Origin: Occultella glacieicola
GTDB taxonomy: Bacteria > Actinomycetota > Actinomycetes > Actinomycetales > Beutenbergiaceae
DNA: 64,000 nucleotides
Assembly: GCF_004353825.1 (NCBI RefSeq)
Contig: NZ_SMNA01000006.1
Coordinates: forward strand, 124,001 to 188,000
Direction of reading: 5' to 3'
Part shown: piece by piece, positions 1 through 9,476 of the stretch
How the letters are laid out: every line of letters begins with the position of its first letter
Position numbering within the stretch: the stretch's first letter is position 1
Translations under genes and position numbers: made by a program
Notes under the pieces: model-generated
What the model saw: the letters and a program-made list of their open reading frames with translations, nothing else
Databases searched by the model: none
Told to the model about the DNA's origin: nothing

Positions 1-1107
1 CGCTCCGGCTATGGTCCGGCGGCCACCCAGGTCGAGCGGTCGCGGCGGGTGGCCGCGGCGATCCAGCGCGCCGAGCCGGTCGTCGGGTGGCTCGCGGGTG
101 GTGCGGGCCTCGCGCTCGTCCTCACCCTGCTGACCAGGTCGCCCGGGTTGCCCGGGCCGCCGGGTGGGACGGGAGCCGCCGCGGACGGCACCGCCGACAC
201 CTCGGTGGTCGGCGTGGATCTGGTCGGGTTCGCGCTACCTCCGTGGGCGCTGCCGGCGGACGTGACCGCCTGGGCGGTCGCCGCCGTGGGAGCCGCAGCG
301 GTCGCGCTGCTAGGGGCGATGCTGGCCGGCTCGATCGGTGGCGGCGCGCGACCCCTCGGGATCCTCTGGGACATGATCTGCTTCCTGCCCCGCGCCGCCC
401 ACCCGTTCGGACCACCCTGCTACGCGGAGCGAGTGGTTCCGGAGTTGCGGGGGCGGATCGACGCGTGGTTCGCGCCGACCCCGGCGTCGGACGACCCACG
501 GGACCTCGTCCCGCCGGAACGGCGCCGGGTGGTGCTCTCGGCACACTCCCTGGGGGCGGTGCTGGCCGTCGCCGTACTGCTCGCGCGCCCGCGGGACGCG
601 GCTTCCGCCCGGATCGGCCTGTTGACCTACGGCACCCAGGTGCGCGGGTTCTTCGGACGCTACTTCCCCGAACTGCTCGGCCACCCGGCCACCGGCAGCC
701 CGCCGTGCCGGGCGCCCTCCTACGTGAGCGCCGATCCGTGGCACCGCGACGCGGCCAGTCCACTCGAGGGCGGGGCGGGCGCGCACACCCTCGTGGCCCT
801 GCTGCGCGGGCCCCGGCCGGGCGAACCAGCGTGGGTGAACCTCTGGCGCCGCACCGACCCCCTCGGGCTTCCCGTCCACTCCTACGCCGGCAACGAGATC
901 GACCGCGGCGCCGAGGAGCGCGACCGGGCCGGGTACCTGTTCGGCGTGATGGCCCACTCCGGCTACCCGCGCGCCTACGCCTACCACCGCGGGCTCGAGG
1001 AGGTCCTGACGCGGCTGTCCGGCGACCGGTCCGGCACCATCAGCGGTGCTCACCGCCGTCGCCGCCCCGGGTTGGGAAGGACGGGTGAACGTGGCAGGAT
1101 CTCCTGA
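1..1107 (+). CDS. Integral membrane protein with alpha/beta-hydrolase-like C-terminal domain (5' truncated by window)
   Basis: Frame open from base 1; hydrophobic segments, then LWD..FLPR..HPFGPPCYAERVVP and a SAHSLG nucleophile-elbow-like motif. Confidence 0.7.
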   Translation, partial: RSGYGPAATQVERSRRVAAAIQRAEPVVGWLAGGAGLALVLTLLTRSPGLPGPPGGTGAAADGTADTSVVGVDLVGFALPPWALPADVTAWAVAAVGAAAVALLGAMLAGSIGGGARPLGILWDMICFLPRAAHPFGPPCYAERVVPELRGRIDAWFAPTPASDDPRDLVPPERRRVVLSAHSLGAVLAVAVLLARPRDAASARIGLLTYGTQVRGFFGRYFPELLGHPATGSPPCRAPSYVSADPWHRDAASPLEGGAGAHTLVALLRGPRPGEPAWVNLWRRTDPLGLPVHSYAGNEIDRGAEERDRAGYLFGVMAHSGYPRAYAYHRGLEEVLTRLSGDRSGTISGAHRRRRPGLGRTGERGRIS

Positions 1108-1551
1108 GTGTCCAAGGATGAGGCGGAGCGGCTGAACGATCTGAAACGCCTGCGGCGCATCCGCGACCGGATCGACCGCGAGTACGCCCAGCCCCTCAAC
1201 GTCGAGGCCCTCGCGCGGGCCGAGTACCTGTCCTCGGGGCACCTGAGCCGCGAGTTCCGGGCCGCCTTCGGCGAGTCGCCCTACAGCTACCTGATGACCC
1301 GACGGATCGAGCGCGCGATGGCGCTCCTGCGCGTCGGAGAGCTCTCCGTGACCGAGGTGTGCTTCGCCGTCGGGTTCTCCTCCCTCGGCACATTCAGCAC
1401 CCGGTTCACCGAGCTGGTCGGCATGCCACCGAGCACCTACCGCAGCGAGGAGGCCGGCCCGCCGGCCGGCATCCCCGCGTGCATCGCCAAGAAGGTCGCC
1501 AGACCGATCAGGAATCGAGAAGCGCCCGCGAGGGCGCCGGAACTAGCGTGA
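1108..1551 (+). CDS. AraC family transcriptional regulator (HTH only)
   Basis: RIDREYAQPL..SGHLSREFRAAFGESPYSYLMTRRIERA..VGFSSLGTFSTRF is an AraC double HTH. Confidence 0.93.
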   Translation: MSKDEAERLNDLKRLRRIRDRIDREYAQPLNVEALARAEYLSSGHLSREFRAAFGESPYSYLMTRRIERAMALLRVGELSVTEVCFAVGFSSLGTFSTRFTELVGMPPSTYRSEEAGPPAGIPACIAKKVARPIRNREAPARAPELA

Positions 1552-1556
1552 GGCTC

Positions 1557-1970
1557 ATGGACATCACCATTCACCACGCATATCTCCCGCACACCGACCC
1601 CGAGGCCGCGCTCGCGTTCTACCGGGACACGCTCGGTTTCGAAGTTCGCAACGACGTCGAGTACCAGGGCCTGCACTGGCTCACCGTGGGCCCTCCGGGA
1701 CAGCCGGACACCTCGATCGTGCTGACCCCGCCGGCCGCCGACCCGGGCATCACCGAGGACGAGCGCAAGGTCATCGCCGAGATGATGGCCAAGGGCACCT
1801 ACGCGAGCATCAACCTCGCCACCAAGGACCTGGACGAGACCTTCGAGCGGGTGCAGGCCGGACCCGTCGGAGAGGTCGTCCAGGAGCCCACCGAGCAACC
1901 ATGGGGGGTGCGGGACGCGGCGTTCCGCGACCCGTCGGGCAACATGGTCCGCATCTTCGAGAGCAAGTAG
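1557..1970 (+). CDS. VOC/glyoxalase family protein
   Basis: ATG at 1557; AFYRDTLGFE...EQPWGVRDAAFRDPSGN VOC signature. Confidence 0.93.
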   Translation: MDITIHHAYLPHTDPEAALAFYRDTLGFEVRNDVEYQGLHWLTVGPPGQPDTSIVLTPPAADPGITEDERKVIAEMMAKGTYASINLATKDLDETFERVQAGPVGEVVQEPTEQPWGVRDAAFRDPSGNMVRIFESK

Positions 1971-1989
1971 ACGACCGTTGGAGACCTCG

Positions 1990-4368
1990 ATGAACACCGC
2001 CGTGCACGCAGCCGACAGCCACGACCTGATCCGCGTGCACGGAGCCCGCGAGAACAACCTCAAGGACGTCAGCGTCGACCTTCCCAAGCGGCGCCTGACG
2101 GTGTTCACCGGGGTCTCCGGCTCCGGCAAGAGCTCTCTGGTCTTCGCCACCATCGCGGCGGAGTCCCAGCGACTCATCAACGAGACCTACAGCGCGTTCG
2201 TGCAAGGTTTCATGCCCGCCATGGCCCGCCCGGAGGTCGACCTGCTCGAGGGGCTGACCACCGCGATCCTCGTCGACCAGGAACGCATCGGCGCCAACCC
2301 CCGGTCCACCGTCGGGACCATCACCGACGCGAACGCGATGCTGCGGATCGTGTTCAGCCGGCTCGGCGACCCGCACATCGGCTCGCCGCAGGCCTTCTCC
2401 TTCAACGTCGCCTCGATCAGCGGCGCCGGCGCGGTGACGTTCGAGCGCGGTGGTGAGACGGTCAAGGAGCGGCGCGACTTCGCCGTCGTCGGCGGTATGT
2501 GCCCACGCTGCGAGGGCCGCGGCTCCGTCACCGACTTCGACCGCAGTGCGCTCTACGACGAGACGAAGTCCCTGAACGACGGTGCCCTCACGATCCCGGG
2601 CTACTCCATGGACGGCTGGTACGGACGGATCTTCCGGGGCTCCGGCTGGTTCGACATGGACAAGCCGATCGGCGAGTACACCACGAAGGAACTCGACAAC
2701 CTGCTCTACAAGCCGGCCACGAAGTTGAAGGTCGAGGGCATCAACCTCACCTACGTCGGGCTGATCCCGCAGATCCAGAAGTCGTTCCTGGCCAAGGATG
2801 TCGACTCCATGCAGCCACACATCCGGGCGTTCGTGGAACGGGCCGTGACGTTCGCGACCTGCCCCGAGTGCGACGGCACCCGCCTCAACGAAGGGGCCCG
2901 CTCCTCGAAGATCGAGGGCATCAGCATCGCCGACGCGTGTGCCATGCAGATCAGCGACCTGGCCGACTGGGTCCGGGGGCTCGACGAGCCCTCCCTCGGG
3001 CCGCTCCTGCAGTCGCTGGGGGAGACCCTCGACTCGTTCGTCGACATCGGCCTGGGCTACCTCAGCCTGGCGCGGCCCTCGGGCACCCTCTCCGGCGGTG
3101 AGGCGCAGCGGACCAAGATGATCCGCCATCTGGGCTCCTCTCTGACGGATGTCACCTATGTCTTCGACGAGCCGAGTGTCGGCCTGCACCCCCACGACAT
3201 CCAGCGGATGAACCGGTTGCTGCTGCAGTTGCGGGACAAGGGCAACACCGTTCTCGTCGTGGAGCACAAGCCGGAGGTGATCGGCATCGCCGATCACGTG
3301 GTCGATCTCGGGCCCCGCGCCGGCACCGCAGGTGGCGAGGTCATGTTCGAGGGCACCGTCGACGGCCTGCGCCACAGCGGCACCATCACCGGCAAGCACC
3401 TCGACGACAGGGCGAGCCTCAAGGACTCGGTACGGACGCCGTCGGGCGCTCTCGAAGTTCGCGGAGCGAACACGAACAACCTGCAGGGTGTCGATGTCGA
3501 CATCCCGCTCGGCGTGCTCGCCGTTCTGACCGGGGTGGCCGGCTCGGGCAAGAGTTCGCTGATCGGCGGCTCGGTCGCCGGGCGCGAGAGCGTGGTGACG
3601 ATCGACCAGACCGCGATCCGGGGCTCCCGGCGCAGCAATCCCGCGACCTACACGGGACTGCTCGAGCCGATCCGGAAGGCGTTCGCGAAGGCCAACGGCG
3701 TCAAGCCGGCCCTGTTCAGCGCGAACTCCGAAGGTGCCTGCCCGGCGTGCAAGGGAGCGGGGGTGGTCTATCAAGACCTCGGCATCATGGCCGGCGTCGC
3801 CACGACCTGCGTGGAGTGTGAGGGCAAGCGGTTCCAGGCGTCGGTTCTCGAGTACCACCTCGGCGGGCGGGACATCAGCGAAGTGCTCGCGATGCCGGTC
3901 GCCGAGGCGAAGGAGTTCTTCGCCGACGGCGAGGCTCGCATCCCGGCCGCCCACAAGATCCTGGTGCGTCTGGACGACGTCGGCCTCGGGTACGTGAGCC
4001 TCGGGCAGCCGCTCACGACGCTGTCCGGTGGCGAGCGGCAGCGCCTGAAGCTGGCCAACCAGATGGGTGACAAGGGCGATATCTACATCCTCGACGAACC
4101 CACCACCGGCCTGCACCTGGCCGACGTCGACCAGTTGCTGGGACTGCTGGACCGGCTCGTGGACTCGGGCAAGTCGGTGATCGTCATCGAGCATCACCAG
4201 GCGGTCATGGCGCACGCCGACTGGATCATCGATCTCGGGCCGGGGGCAGGGCACGACGGCGGAACGATCGTGTTCGAGGGCACGCCGGCCGAGCTCGTGG
4301 CACAGCGGTCGACGCTGACGGGGGAGCACCTCGCCGACTACGTGGGCGAGGCAGAACTGGTCTCCTGA
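1990..4368 (+). CDS. UvrA-like ABC ATPase (short class II UvrA/DrrC type)
   Basis: GARENNLK, two Walker A motifs (GVSGSGKS, GVAGSGKS), LSGGE signatures, CxxC zinc pairs; about 790 aa, shorter than canonical UvrA. Confidence 0.92.
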   Translation: MNTAVHAADSHDLIRVHGARENNLKDVSVDLPKRRLTVFTGVSGSGKSSLVFATIAAESQRLINETYSAFVQGFMPAMARPEVDLLEGLTTAILVDQERIGANPRSTVGTITDANAMLRIVFSRLGDPHIGSPQAFSFNVASISGAGAVTFERGGETVKERRDFAVVGGMCPRCEGRGSVTDFDRSALYDETKSLNDGALTIPGYSMDGWYGRIFRGSGWFDMDKPIGEYTTKELDNLLYKPATKLKVEGINLTYVGLIPQIQKSFLAKDVDSMQPHIRAFVERAVTFATCPECDGTRLNEGARSSKIEGISIADACAMQISDLADWVRGLDEPSLGPLLQSLGETLDSFVDIGLGYLSLARPSGTLSGGEAQRTKMIRHLGSSLTDVTYVFDEPSVGLHPHDIQRMNRLLLQLRDKGNTVLVVEHKPEVIGIADHVVDLGPRAGTAGGEVMFEGTVDGLRHSGTITGKHLDDRASLKDSVRTPSGALEVRGANTNNLQGVDVDIPLGVLAVLTGVAGSGKSSLIGGSVAGRESVVTIDQTAIRGSRRSNPATYTGLLEPIRKAFAKANGVKPALFSANSEGACPACKGAGVVYQDLGIMAGVATTCVECEGKRFQASVLEYHLGGRDISEVLAMPVAEAKEFFADGEARIPAAHKILVRLDDVGLGYVSLGQPLTTLSGGERQRLKLANQMGDKGDIYILDEPTTGLHLADVDQLLGLLDRLVDSGKSVIVIEHHQAVMAHADWIIDLGPGAGHDGGTIVFEGTPAELVAQRSTLTGEHLADYVGEAELVS

Positions 4369-4441
4369 GACCGACGGTGGTCCTTGCGGGCGGAGCGTCG
4401 TGGGCTGGATCCGGCAGCGATGCGCTGGATGCGGTTCAGGA

Positions 4442-5617
4442 ATGCCTCCTACCGCCTCGGACAGGGTCACCTTCGACCGTGCCAGGGACCTGGCTCGCCG
4501 CCACGGCTGGCGTGAGAAGGCCCTGATCTACCTCACCCGTCGGCCCGATGAGATCCTCGTGCTGGAGCACACACACGAGTACCCGGACGCCGGCGTTCAG
4601 GTTCCGGCCGGCGGCGTCGACCCGGGTGAGGAGCCGGCTCAGGCGGCCGTGCGGGAGTTGCTCGAGGAGACCGGGCTGCGCGTGTCGGGCCCGGCTGAGT
4701 ACCTCGGTTCCCACATCTGGCATGACGAGGCCGCGCCGTCCCGCGTGCGCCACTACTACCGGCTACGTGCGCCGCTGACGACGCCGGACCGGTGGGAACA
4801 CATCGTGAGCGCGGGGACCGATGACTCCGGGATGGTGTTCCGGCTGGTCTTCCGGCCCCTGCGCGAAGCGGGCCTGACGCCGGGGTTCGGCTGGGACGGT
4901 GAGCTGGGGTCATTGGTCGGGGTATCCGAGCCCGGCGGCGCCGACCGCGAGCTCCGCACGGAACGGCTCGTGCTTCGAGTGCCCACGGAGCACGACCTTC
5001 CTTCGATCCTCCAGCTGCATCAGCAGGACCTGTCGATCCTTCACAACCCGGGAGACCGTCTCGCCGATGCTGTCCAGGCCCGGGACCTGCTCGCCCGCTG
5101 GCAGCGACAGTGGCGCGACCATGGGATCGGCTACTGGATGGTGGCACTCCGGCACGACTCGGGCATCATCGGGGTCCGCGGCGTGAAGTCGATGACCCTC
5201 GGCAGCCGGCCGATCATGAACCTGCTCTACCGGTTCGATCCGAGCGCCTGGGGCATGGGTTATGCCACGGAGGCGGCCCGGGCGGCGGTGGCACGCTCAC
5301 GCGCCCTGCACCCGTCGCTGCCGGTGGTGGTGCGAGTGCGTCCGGCCAATCGGGGGAGTGCGAGGGTCGCACTCAAAGTCGGGCTCAGGCGGGAGCCGGA
5401 CCTCGACGAGCCCGGTGAGGACGGCATCGATCACATCTACGTGGGGTTCGTGACCTCGACGTTTGACATGCAAGATGCCGCTTGCCTATGCTGGTCGCGT
5501 GGTCGATGTGTTCCGTGCCCTCGACGACGAGACGAGGCGTCTCGTCCTCGACCAGTTGGCGGCGCGCGACGGGCAGACCCTCTTCGAGATCTGCACGGTC
5601 CTGGCGGCCCGACATGA
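4442..5617 (+). CDS. NUDIX hydrolase fused to RimJ/RimL-type GNAT acetyltransferase; C-terminal tail overlaps next gene
   Basis: Nudix box GGVDPGEEPAQAAVRELLEETG; then LRTERLVLR...AWGMGYATEAARA...N..S.RVA.KVG. Confidence 0.75.
   Translation: MPPTASDRVTFDRARDLARRHGWREKALIYLTRRPDEILVLEHTHEYPDAGVQVPAGGVDPGEEPAQAAVRELLEETGLRVSGPAEYLGSHIWHDEAAPSRVRHYYRLRAPLTTPDRWEHIVSAGTDDSGMVFRLVFRPLREAGLTPGFGWDGELGSLVGVSEPGGADRELRTERLVLRVPTEHDLPSILQLHQQDLSILHNPGDRLADAVQARDLLARWQRQWRDHGIGYWMVALRHDSGIIGVRGVKSMTLGSRPIMNLLYRFDPSAWGMGYATEAARAAVARSRALHPSLPVVVRVRPANRGSARVALKVGLRREPDLDEPGEDGIDHIYVGFVTSTFDMQDAACLCWSRGRCVPCPRRRDEASRPRPVGGARRADPLRDLHGPGGPT
5463..5492 (+). promoter_or_regulatory. SigA-type promoter with internal ArsR-type operator
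   Basis: TTGACA (5463-5468), 18 bp, TATGCT (5487-5492); inverted repeat GCAAG-N6-CTTGC at 5470-5485; GTG at 5499 implies a leaderless transcript. Confidence 0.7.
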
Positions 5618-5783
5618 CGTCAGCCTGACGCGCCAGGCGATCTCCCAGCACCTCGGCGTCCTCGAGGAGGCCGGGTTGATCAGGACCGAACGCCGCGGGC
5701 GCTCCAAATACCACTACTTCACCCCAGCACCGCTCGCGGAGATCACACGGCGGTGGCCGATCGGACCAGGGACCCCATCATGA
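5499..5783 (+). CDS. ArsR/SmtB family transcriptional regulator
   Basis: DVFRALDDETRRLVLDQL..DGQTLFEIC..TRQAISQHLGVLEEAGLI..RRGRSKYHY. Confidence 0.9.
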   Translation: MVDVFRALDDETRRLVLDQLAARDGQTLFEICTVLAARHDVSLTRQAISQHLGVLEEAGLIRTERRGRSKYHYFTPAPLAEITRRWPIGPGTPS

Positions 5784-6187
5784 GGATCGAACTGACCAGC
5801 ATCTTCGTCGACGACCAGCGCGCCGCGCTGGAGTTCTACACCGGCGTCCTCGGCTTCACCAAGCGTCACGACATCCCGCTCGGGGACAACTTCTGGCTGA
5901 CGGTCGCCTCGCCGGAGGCTCCGGACGGTCCCGAACTGCTCCTGGAGCCCGCGGACCACCCGGCGGCACGCGCGTACCGGGACGCGCTCGTCGAGGATGG
6001 CATCCCGCTCGTCCAGTTCGCCGTCGACGACGTCGGGGCCGAACACGTCCGCCTGAGCGAGCATGGCGTCTCCTTCACCCAGCCGCCCACGGATATCGGC
6101 ACCGCCGTGGTCGCGGTCTTCGACGACACCTGCGGGAACCTCGTGCAGATCGTCGAGGTCAAGCCGGAGCCGGAGCCCGCCTCCTGA
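5780..6187 (+). CDS. VOC/glyoxalase family protein
   Basis: MRIELTSIFVDDQ..ALEFYT.VLGF...VFDDTCGNLVQI; ATGA overlap with the ArsR stop. Confidence 0.93.
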   Translation: MRIELTSIFVDDQRAALEFYTGVLGFTKRHDIPLGDNFWLTVASPEAPDGPELLLEPADHPAARAYRDALVEDGIPLVQFAVDDVGAEHVRLSEHGVSFTQPPTDIGTAVVAVFDDTCGNLVQIVEVKPEPEPAS

Positions 6188-6227
6188 CCTGGGCGCAGGG
6201 GAGCGGGGCCGGATCGAACCTGCCGGT

Positions 6228-6722
6228 TCACGCTCCGTCGGGGACGTTCCACAGCAGTTCGGGACTGTGCTCGAATCCTGCACGCTCATACATCGGCACC
6301 GACAAAGGCGATGCGTGGACGGTCACGTGCTCACACCCGCGGCGGCCGGCCTCCTGCAGGACCGCTGCGACGAGCCGGTTCCCGATGCCGCGTCCGCGGA
6401 ACTCCCGCAGCACGTAACAGGACTGCAGGTCGCCGTTGACTCGCTGCATCCGGTCCGGCGCCGGGACGCGTTCGAGAAGGGCCAGCCAGGCCATGCCGAC
6501 CGCTGCGTCCGACGACCGAGCGATGAATGCGACGTGCGAGTCGGCGCGGGCGCGGGCCCAGGCGACGGCGGCTGCGACATAGTCGTCATGACTCGGCAGG
6601 TTCGCGCCGCCGTAGGGCTGGCCGTGGACCCAGTGCCACCGCAGGGAGGCCACCTGGCCGAGTTCGTCAGGGCGAGCCGGCCGCACCTCGACCTCATGTG
6701 TGGATTCGGTCACGCCCATCAT
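6228..6722 (-). CDS. GNAT family N-acetyltransferase
   Basis: YVLREFRGRGIG acetyl-CoA motif; MYERAGF. Confidence 0.85.
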   Translation of the reverse strand: MMGVTESTHEVEVRPARPDELGQVASLRWHWVHGQPYGGANLPSHDDYVAAAVAWARARADSHVAFIARSSDAAVGMAWLALLERVPAPDRMQRVNGDLQSCYVLREFRGRGIGNRLVAAVLQEAGRRGCEHVTVHASPLSVPMYERAGFEHSPELLWNVPDGA

Positions 6723-6845
6723 CGTCGCAGACCGACTCGAGGCACCCGCCTGTGCAGGCGTGCCCGGCGACCATATTCACGAGCCCTCACGAGGCGCGCA
6801 CCGGTACGTTCCAGCGAGGAAGTGACCCATCGGGAGGAGAGTGAC

Positions 6846-7715
6846 GTGTCCGTCAGGGAGCTCCGTGCCACCGGTCAAAGAGCCCAGGAACTGGCAACCT
6901 GCCTATTACAGCGCGCCCGACGGGCCGATCCGACGGCGGGCCTCTGGGAGGCCGCGGACGTCCAGTGGTGGTGGCGCAGCCCACGGAGCTCCGACGACGT
7001 CGAAAGGGTCTTCTGGTTCGACGACGACGGACCCCTGGCCGGCGTGCTGCTCTCGAGTTGGGCGGGTGGCCGGACCTGGCAGTGCGACCCGGTCGTCGTG
7101 CCCGGCACGACCGGGCCTTCCCCCGAGTTCGTCTGGGACCGAGCCCTCGATCACGCCGCGACGCACGGGTCGAACGGGTTCGTGGTACCCGTGCGCGATG
7201 ACGACGCGACCTTCGTGGCCCTCGCGAACCGCTCGGCGCTCACGCCCGGGGACCATGACCGCACCGCCTGGATGGCACCGGTCGACCGGCCCGCCGTGCC
7301 GCGGCCGGCCGAAGGATTCGTGCTCACCGATCGCACCCAGCGGCCGGAGGCCCCCCACCCCATGCGTGAGCGCAACGGCGACGACGTCGCAGATCGACTC
7401 GGGCAGTGCTCGCTCTACGACCCGGAACTCGATCTCGCCGTGGAGTCCACCGGCGGGCAGCTCGCCGGGTATGCCTTGTTCTGGTTCGACCCGGTCACCC
7501 TGGTCGGCCTCGTGGAACCCGTGCGCATCGAGGACGAGTTCCAGCGACGTGGCCTCGCCCGGGCGATGGTGTCTGCCGGGGTCGACCGCCTCGTGGCCAG
7601 GGGTGCCGAACGGATCAAGGTCTCCTACGAGACGGAGGCCGCGGGCTCGCTGTATCTGGGCGTCGGGTTCGAGCAGGAATCGACGGCGACCTGGTACCGG
7701 TCGCCAGACGAGTAG
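6846..7715 (+). CDS. GNAT family N-acetyltransferase
   Basis: GGAGGAG RBS before GTG; VEPVRIEDEFQRRGLARA..LYLGVGF. Confidence 0.85.
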   Translation: MSVRELRATGQRAQELATCLLQRARRADPTAGLWEAADVQWWWRSPRSSDDVERVFWFDDDGPLAGVLLSSWAGGRTWQCDPVVVPGTTGPSPEFVWDRALDHAATHGSNGFVVPVRDDDATFVALANRSALTPGDHDRTAWMAPVDRPAVPRPAEGFVLTDRTQRPEAPHPMRERNGDDVADRLGQCSLYDPELDLAVESTGGQLAGYALFWFDPVTLVGLVEPVRIEDEFQRRGLARAMVSAGVDRLVARGAERIKVSYETEAAGSLYLGVGFEQESTATWYRSPDE

Positions 7716-7719
7716 GGCG

Positions 7720-8232
7720 TCAGACCTTGCGTTCCGCGGCGGCGTCCACATCGCGCTCGTAGCGCAAGAGCTCCGGGTTCGGCGCAAAGGTGCTATACGT
7801 GCGGTCGCCCGTCGAGCGCCACCCCAGCCGCTCGTAGAACGCGCGGGCCCGACTGTTGCCGGTGAAGACCCGCAACCAGGCACGAGTGACGCCGTGGTGG
7901 CGCATCTGTTCGAGAACCTGGGCGTGGGCACGCTGGGCGGCTCCGCTGCCCCAGCGTTCGATAGCGATCCCGAAGTGGAGGAACTCCTCGTGCCTGATGG
8001 CGGCGAATCCGATCACCTCAGCACGGTCCACGACGACGAACGCGTCGATCTCCGGTGCGTCGATCTCCGCGCGCCATCGTCGCGCGATGTCATCGCGGGG
8101 GAACGGAAAGGCATCCTGTGGAAACACCGTCTCGAGGATCACGATCGTGCCGGGCTCCTGGACGGCGATGACCTGGGGCACGTCCCCGTCGGTCATCGGT
8201 CGCAGGATCACCGTGGCCGCATCGTCGGACAT
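7720..8232 (-). CDS. GNAT family N-acetyltransferase
   Basis: RWGSGAA..LRVFTGNSRARAFYERLGW. Confidence 0.85.
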   Translation of the reverse strand: MSDDAATVILRPMTDGDVPQVIAVQEPGTIVILETVFPQDAFPFPRDDIARRWRAEIDAPEIDAFVVVDRAEVIGFAAIRHEEFLHFGIAIERWGSGAAQRAHAQVLEQMRHHGVTRAWLRVFTGNSRARAFYERLGWRSTGDRTYSTFAPNPELLRYERDVDAAAERKV

Positions 8233-8343
8233 GCTCGGAACCCTCTCACGCTCCGGCGCCCCCGACGCGGTACAGGTTCCCGGCGGTGGGTTGCAGGTGC
8301 ACCCGCGTTGCGGCAGCGGGCCGGCGAGTCCTACGTTTGGCAC

Positions 8344-8673
8344 ATGGTTCGCATCGGAGCAATCGTTCTGAACGTCTCCGACCGCCGCCGCGCGGCCGCA
8401 TTCTGGAGTCAGGCCCTGGGTTACGAGTCGGCGGCCAATCCTGACTTCCTCGTGCCGACCGATCCTCATGCACCGAGACTGCACCTGGACGAGGATGACC
8501 GCACGCACCTGGACCTCTGGGCCGCGGACGAGGACGAACAGCGCACCGAGGTCGAGCGACTGATCGCGCTCGGTGCGCGGCGGGTCGACTGGGAGTATCC
8601 GCCGGACGCGGACTTCGTGGTCCTGGCCGACCCGGATGGCAACCTGTTCTGTGTGATCAACTGCGGAGCCTGA
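8344..8673 (+). CDS. VOC (glyoxalase_6) family protein
   Basis: AAAFWSQALGY..HLDL..LGARRVDW..VLADPDGNLFCV. Confidence 0.9.
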   Translation: MVRIGAIVLNVSDRRRAAAFWSQALGYESAANPDFLVPTDPHAPRLHLDEDDRTHLDLWAADEDEQRTEVERLIALGARRVDWEYPPDADFVVLADPDGNLFCVINCGA

Positions 8674-8747
8674 ACGGGCACGCTGCCGCCGACGGTTCCA
8701 GCTCCGGCCGGCTGGAGCGGCGCTGCGCTCTCGGCTAGCGTGATGTC

Positions 8748-9272
8748 ATGACGCAACTGGTGCTGACGGCGGTCGGGGATGATCGCGAGGGCTTGGTCTC
8801 AGCCTTGGCGGGAACTGTCGAGACCCACGGCGGGAACTGGCTCGACAGCCAACTCTCCCGCCTGGCCGGCAAGTTCGCCGGGATCGTGCTCGTCGAGCTG
8901 CCGGCCGAGGGCGTCGCCGAGTTCACCTCCGCCTGCGCACGTCTGCGGCAGGAGATCGGCTGGAATGTCGAGGTGAGCCCCGTGGGGAGCGGGGGAGTGG
9001 AGGGCTCCGAGGTCCGGATGCACCTGGTCGGACTGGACCGTCCCGGGATGGTCCGACAGGTGACGGCCGCTCTCGCCGAGCAGCATGTGAGCATCCGCGA
9101 ACTTCGTTCGTGGACCCCTGACGCGCCGCAGGGCGGTGGATCGTTGTTCGAGGCCGACGCCGTCATCACGCTCGCCAACGACGTGCACCTCGATGTGGTG
9201 CGCCGGGCACTCGAGCCGATCGCCGACGAACTCATGGTCGACCTGGACCTGAGCGACCCGGACGGTCAGTAG
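8748..9272 (+). CDS. Tandem ACT-domain protein (GcvR-like)
   Basis: Two ACT repeats: GDDREGLVS..GGNWLDSQLSRLAGKFA and GLDRPGMVRQVT. Confidence 0.88.
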   Translation: MTQLVLTAVGDDREGLVSALAGTVETHGGNWLDSQLSRLAGKFAGIVLVELPAEGVAEFTSACARLRQEIGWNVEVSPVGSGGVEGSEVRMHLVGLDRPGMVRQVTAALAEQHVSIRELRSWTPDAPQGGGSLFEADAVITLANDVHLDVVRRALEPIADELMVDLDLSDPDGQ

Positions 9273-9277
9273 TGCCT

Positions 9278-9445
9278 CTAGAGGCGAGGACGCAACTCGG
9301 CGCGGACCTCATCGCTGTTCTCCGGTGTGACCTTCCAGCGGCTGGAGTCGGTGTCCTCGAAGATGACCTTGTACTGTCCGACCGCGCGGTCGAACTGGAC
9401 GAGAAGGTTCTCCGGCAACGCCTCGCCCGGCGAGGTGGCACCACG
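9278..9445 (-). pseudogene. C-terminal remnant of a putative immunity-like protein
   Basis: Minus frame ..LLVQFDRAVGQYKVIFEDTDSSRWKVTPENSDEVRAELRPRL*; GC-rich third positions; in-frame stop immediately upstream. Confidence 0.5.
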
Positions 9446-9476
9446 TCACGCGTGTCCTCTATCGACGGGTGATCTG

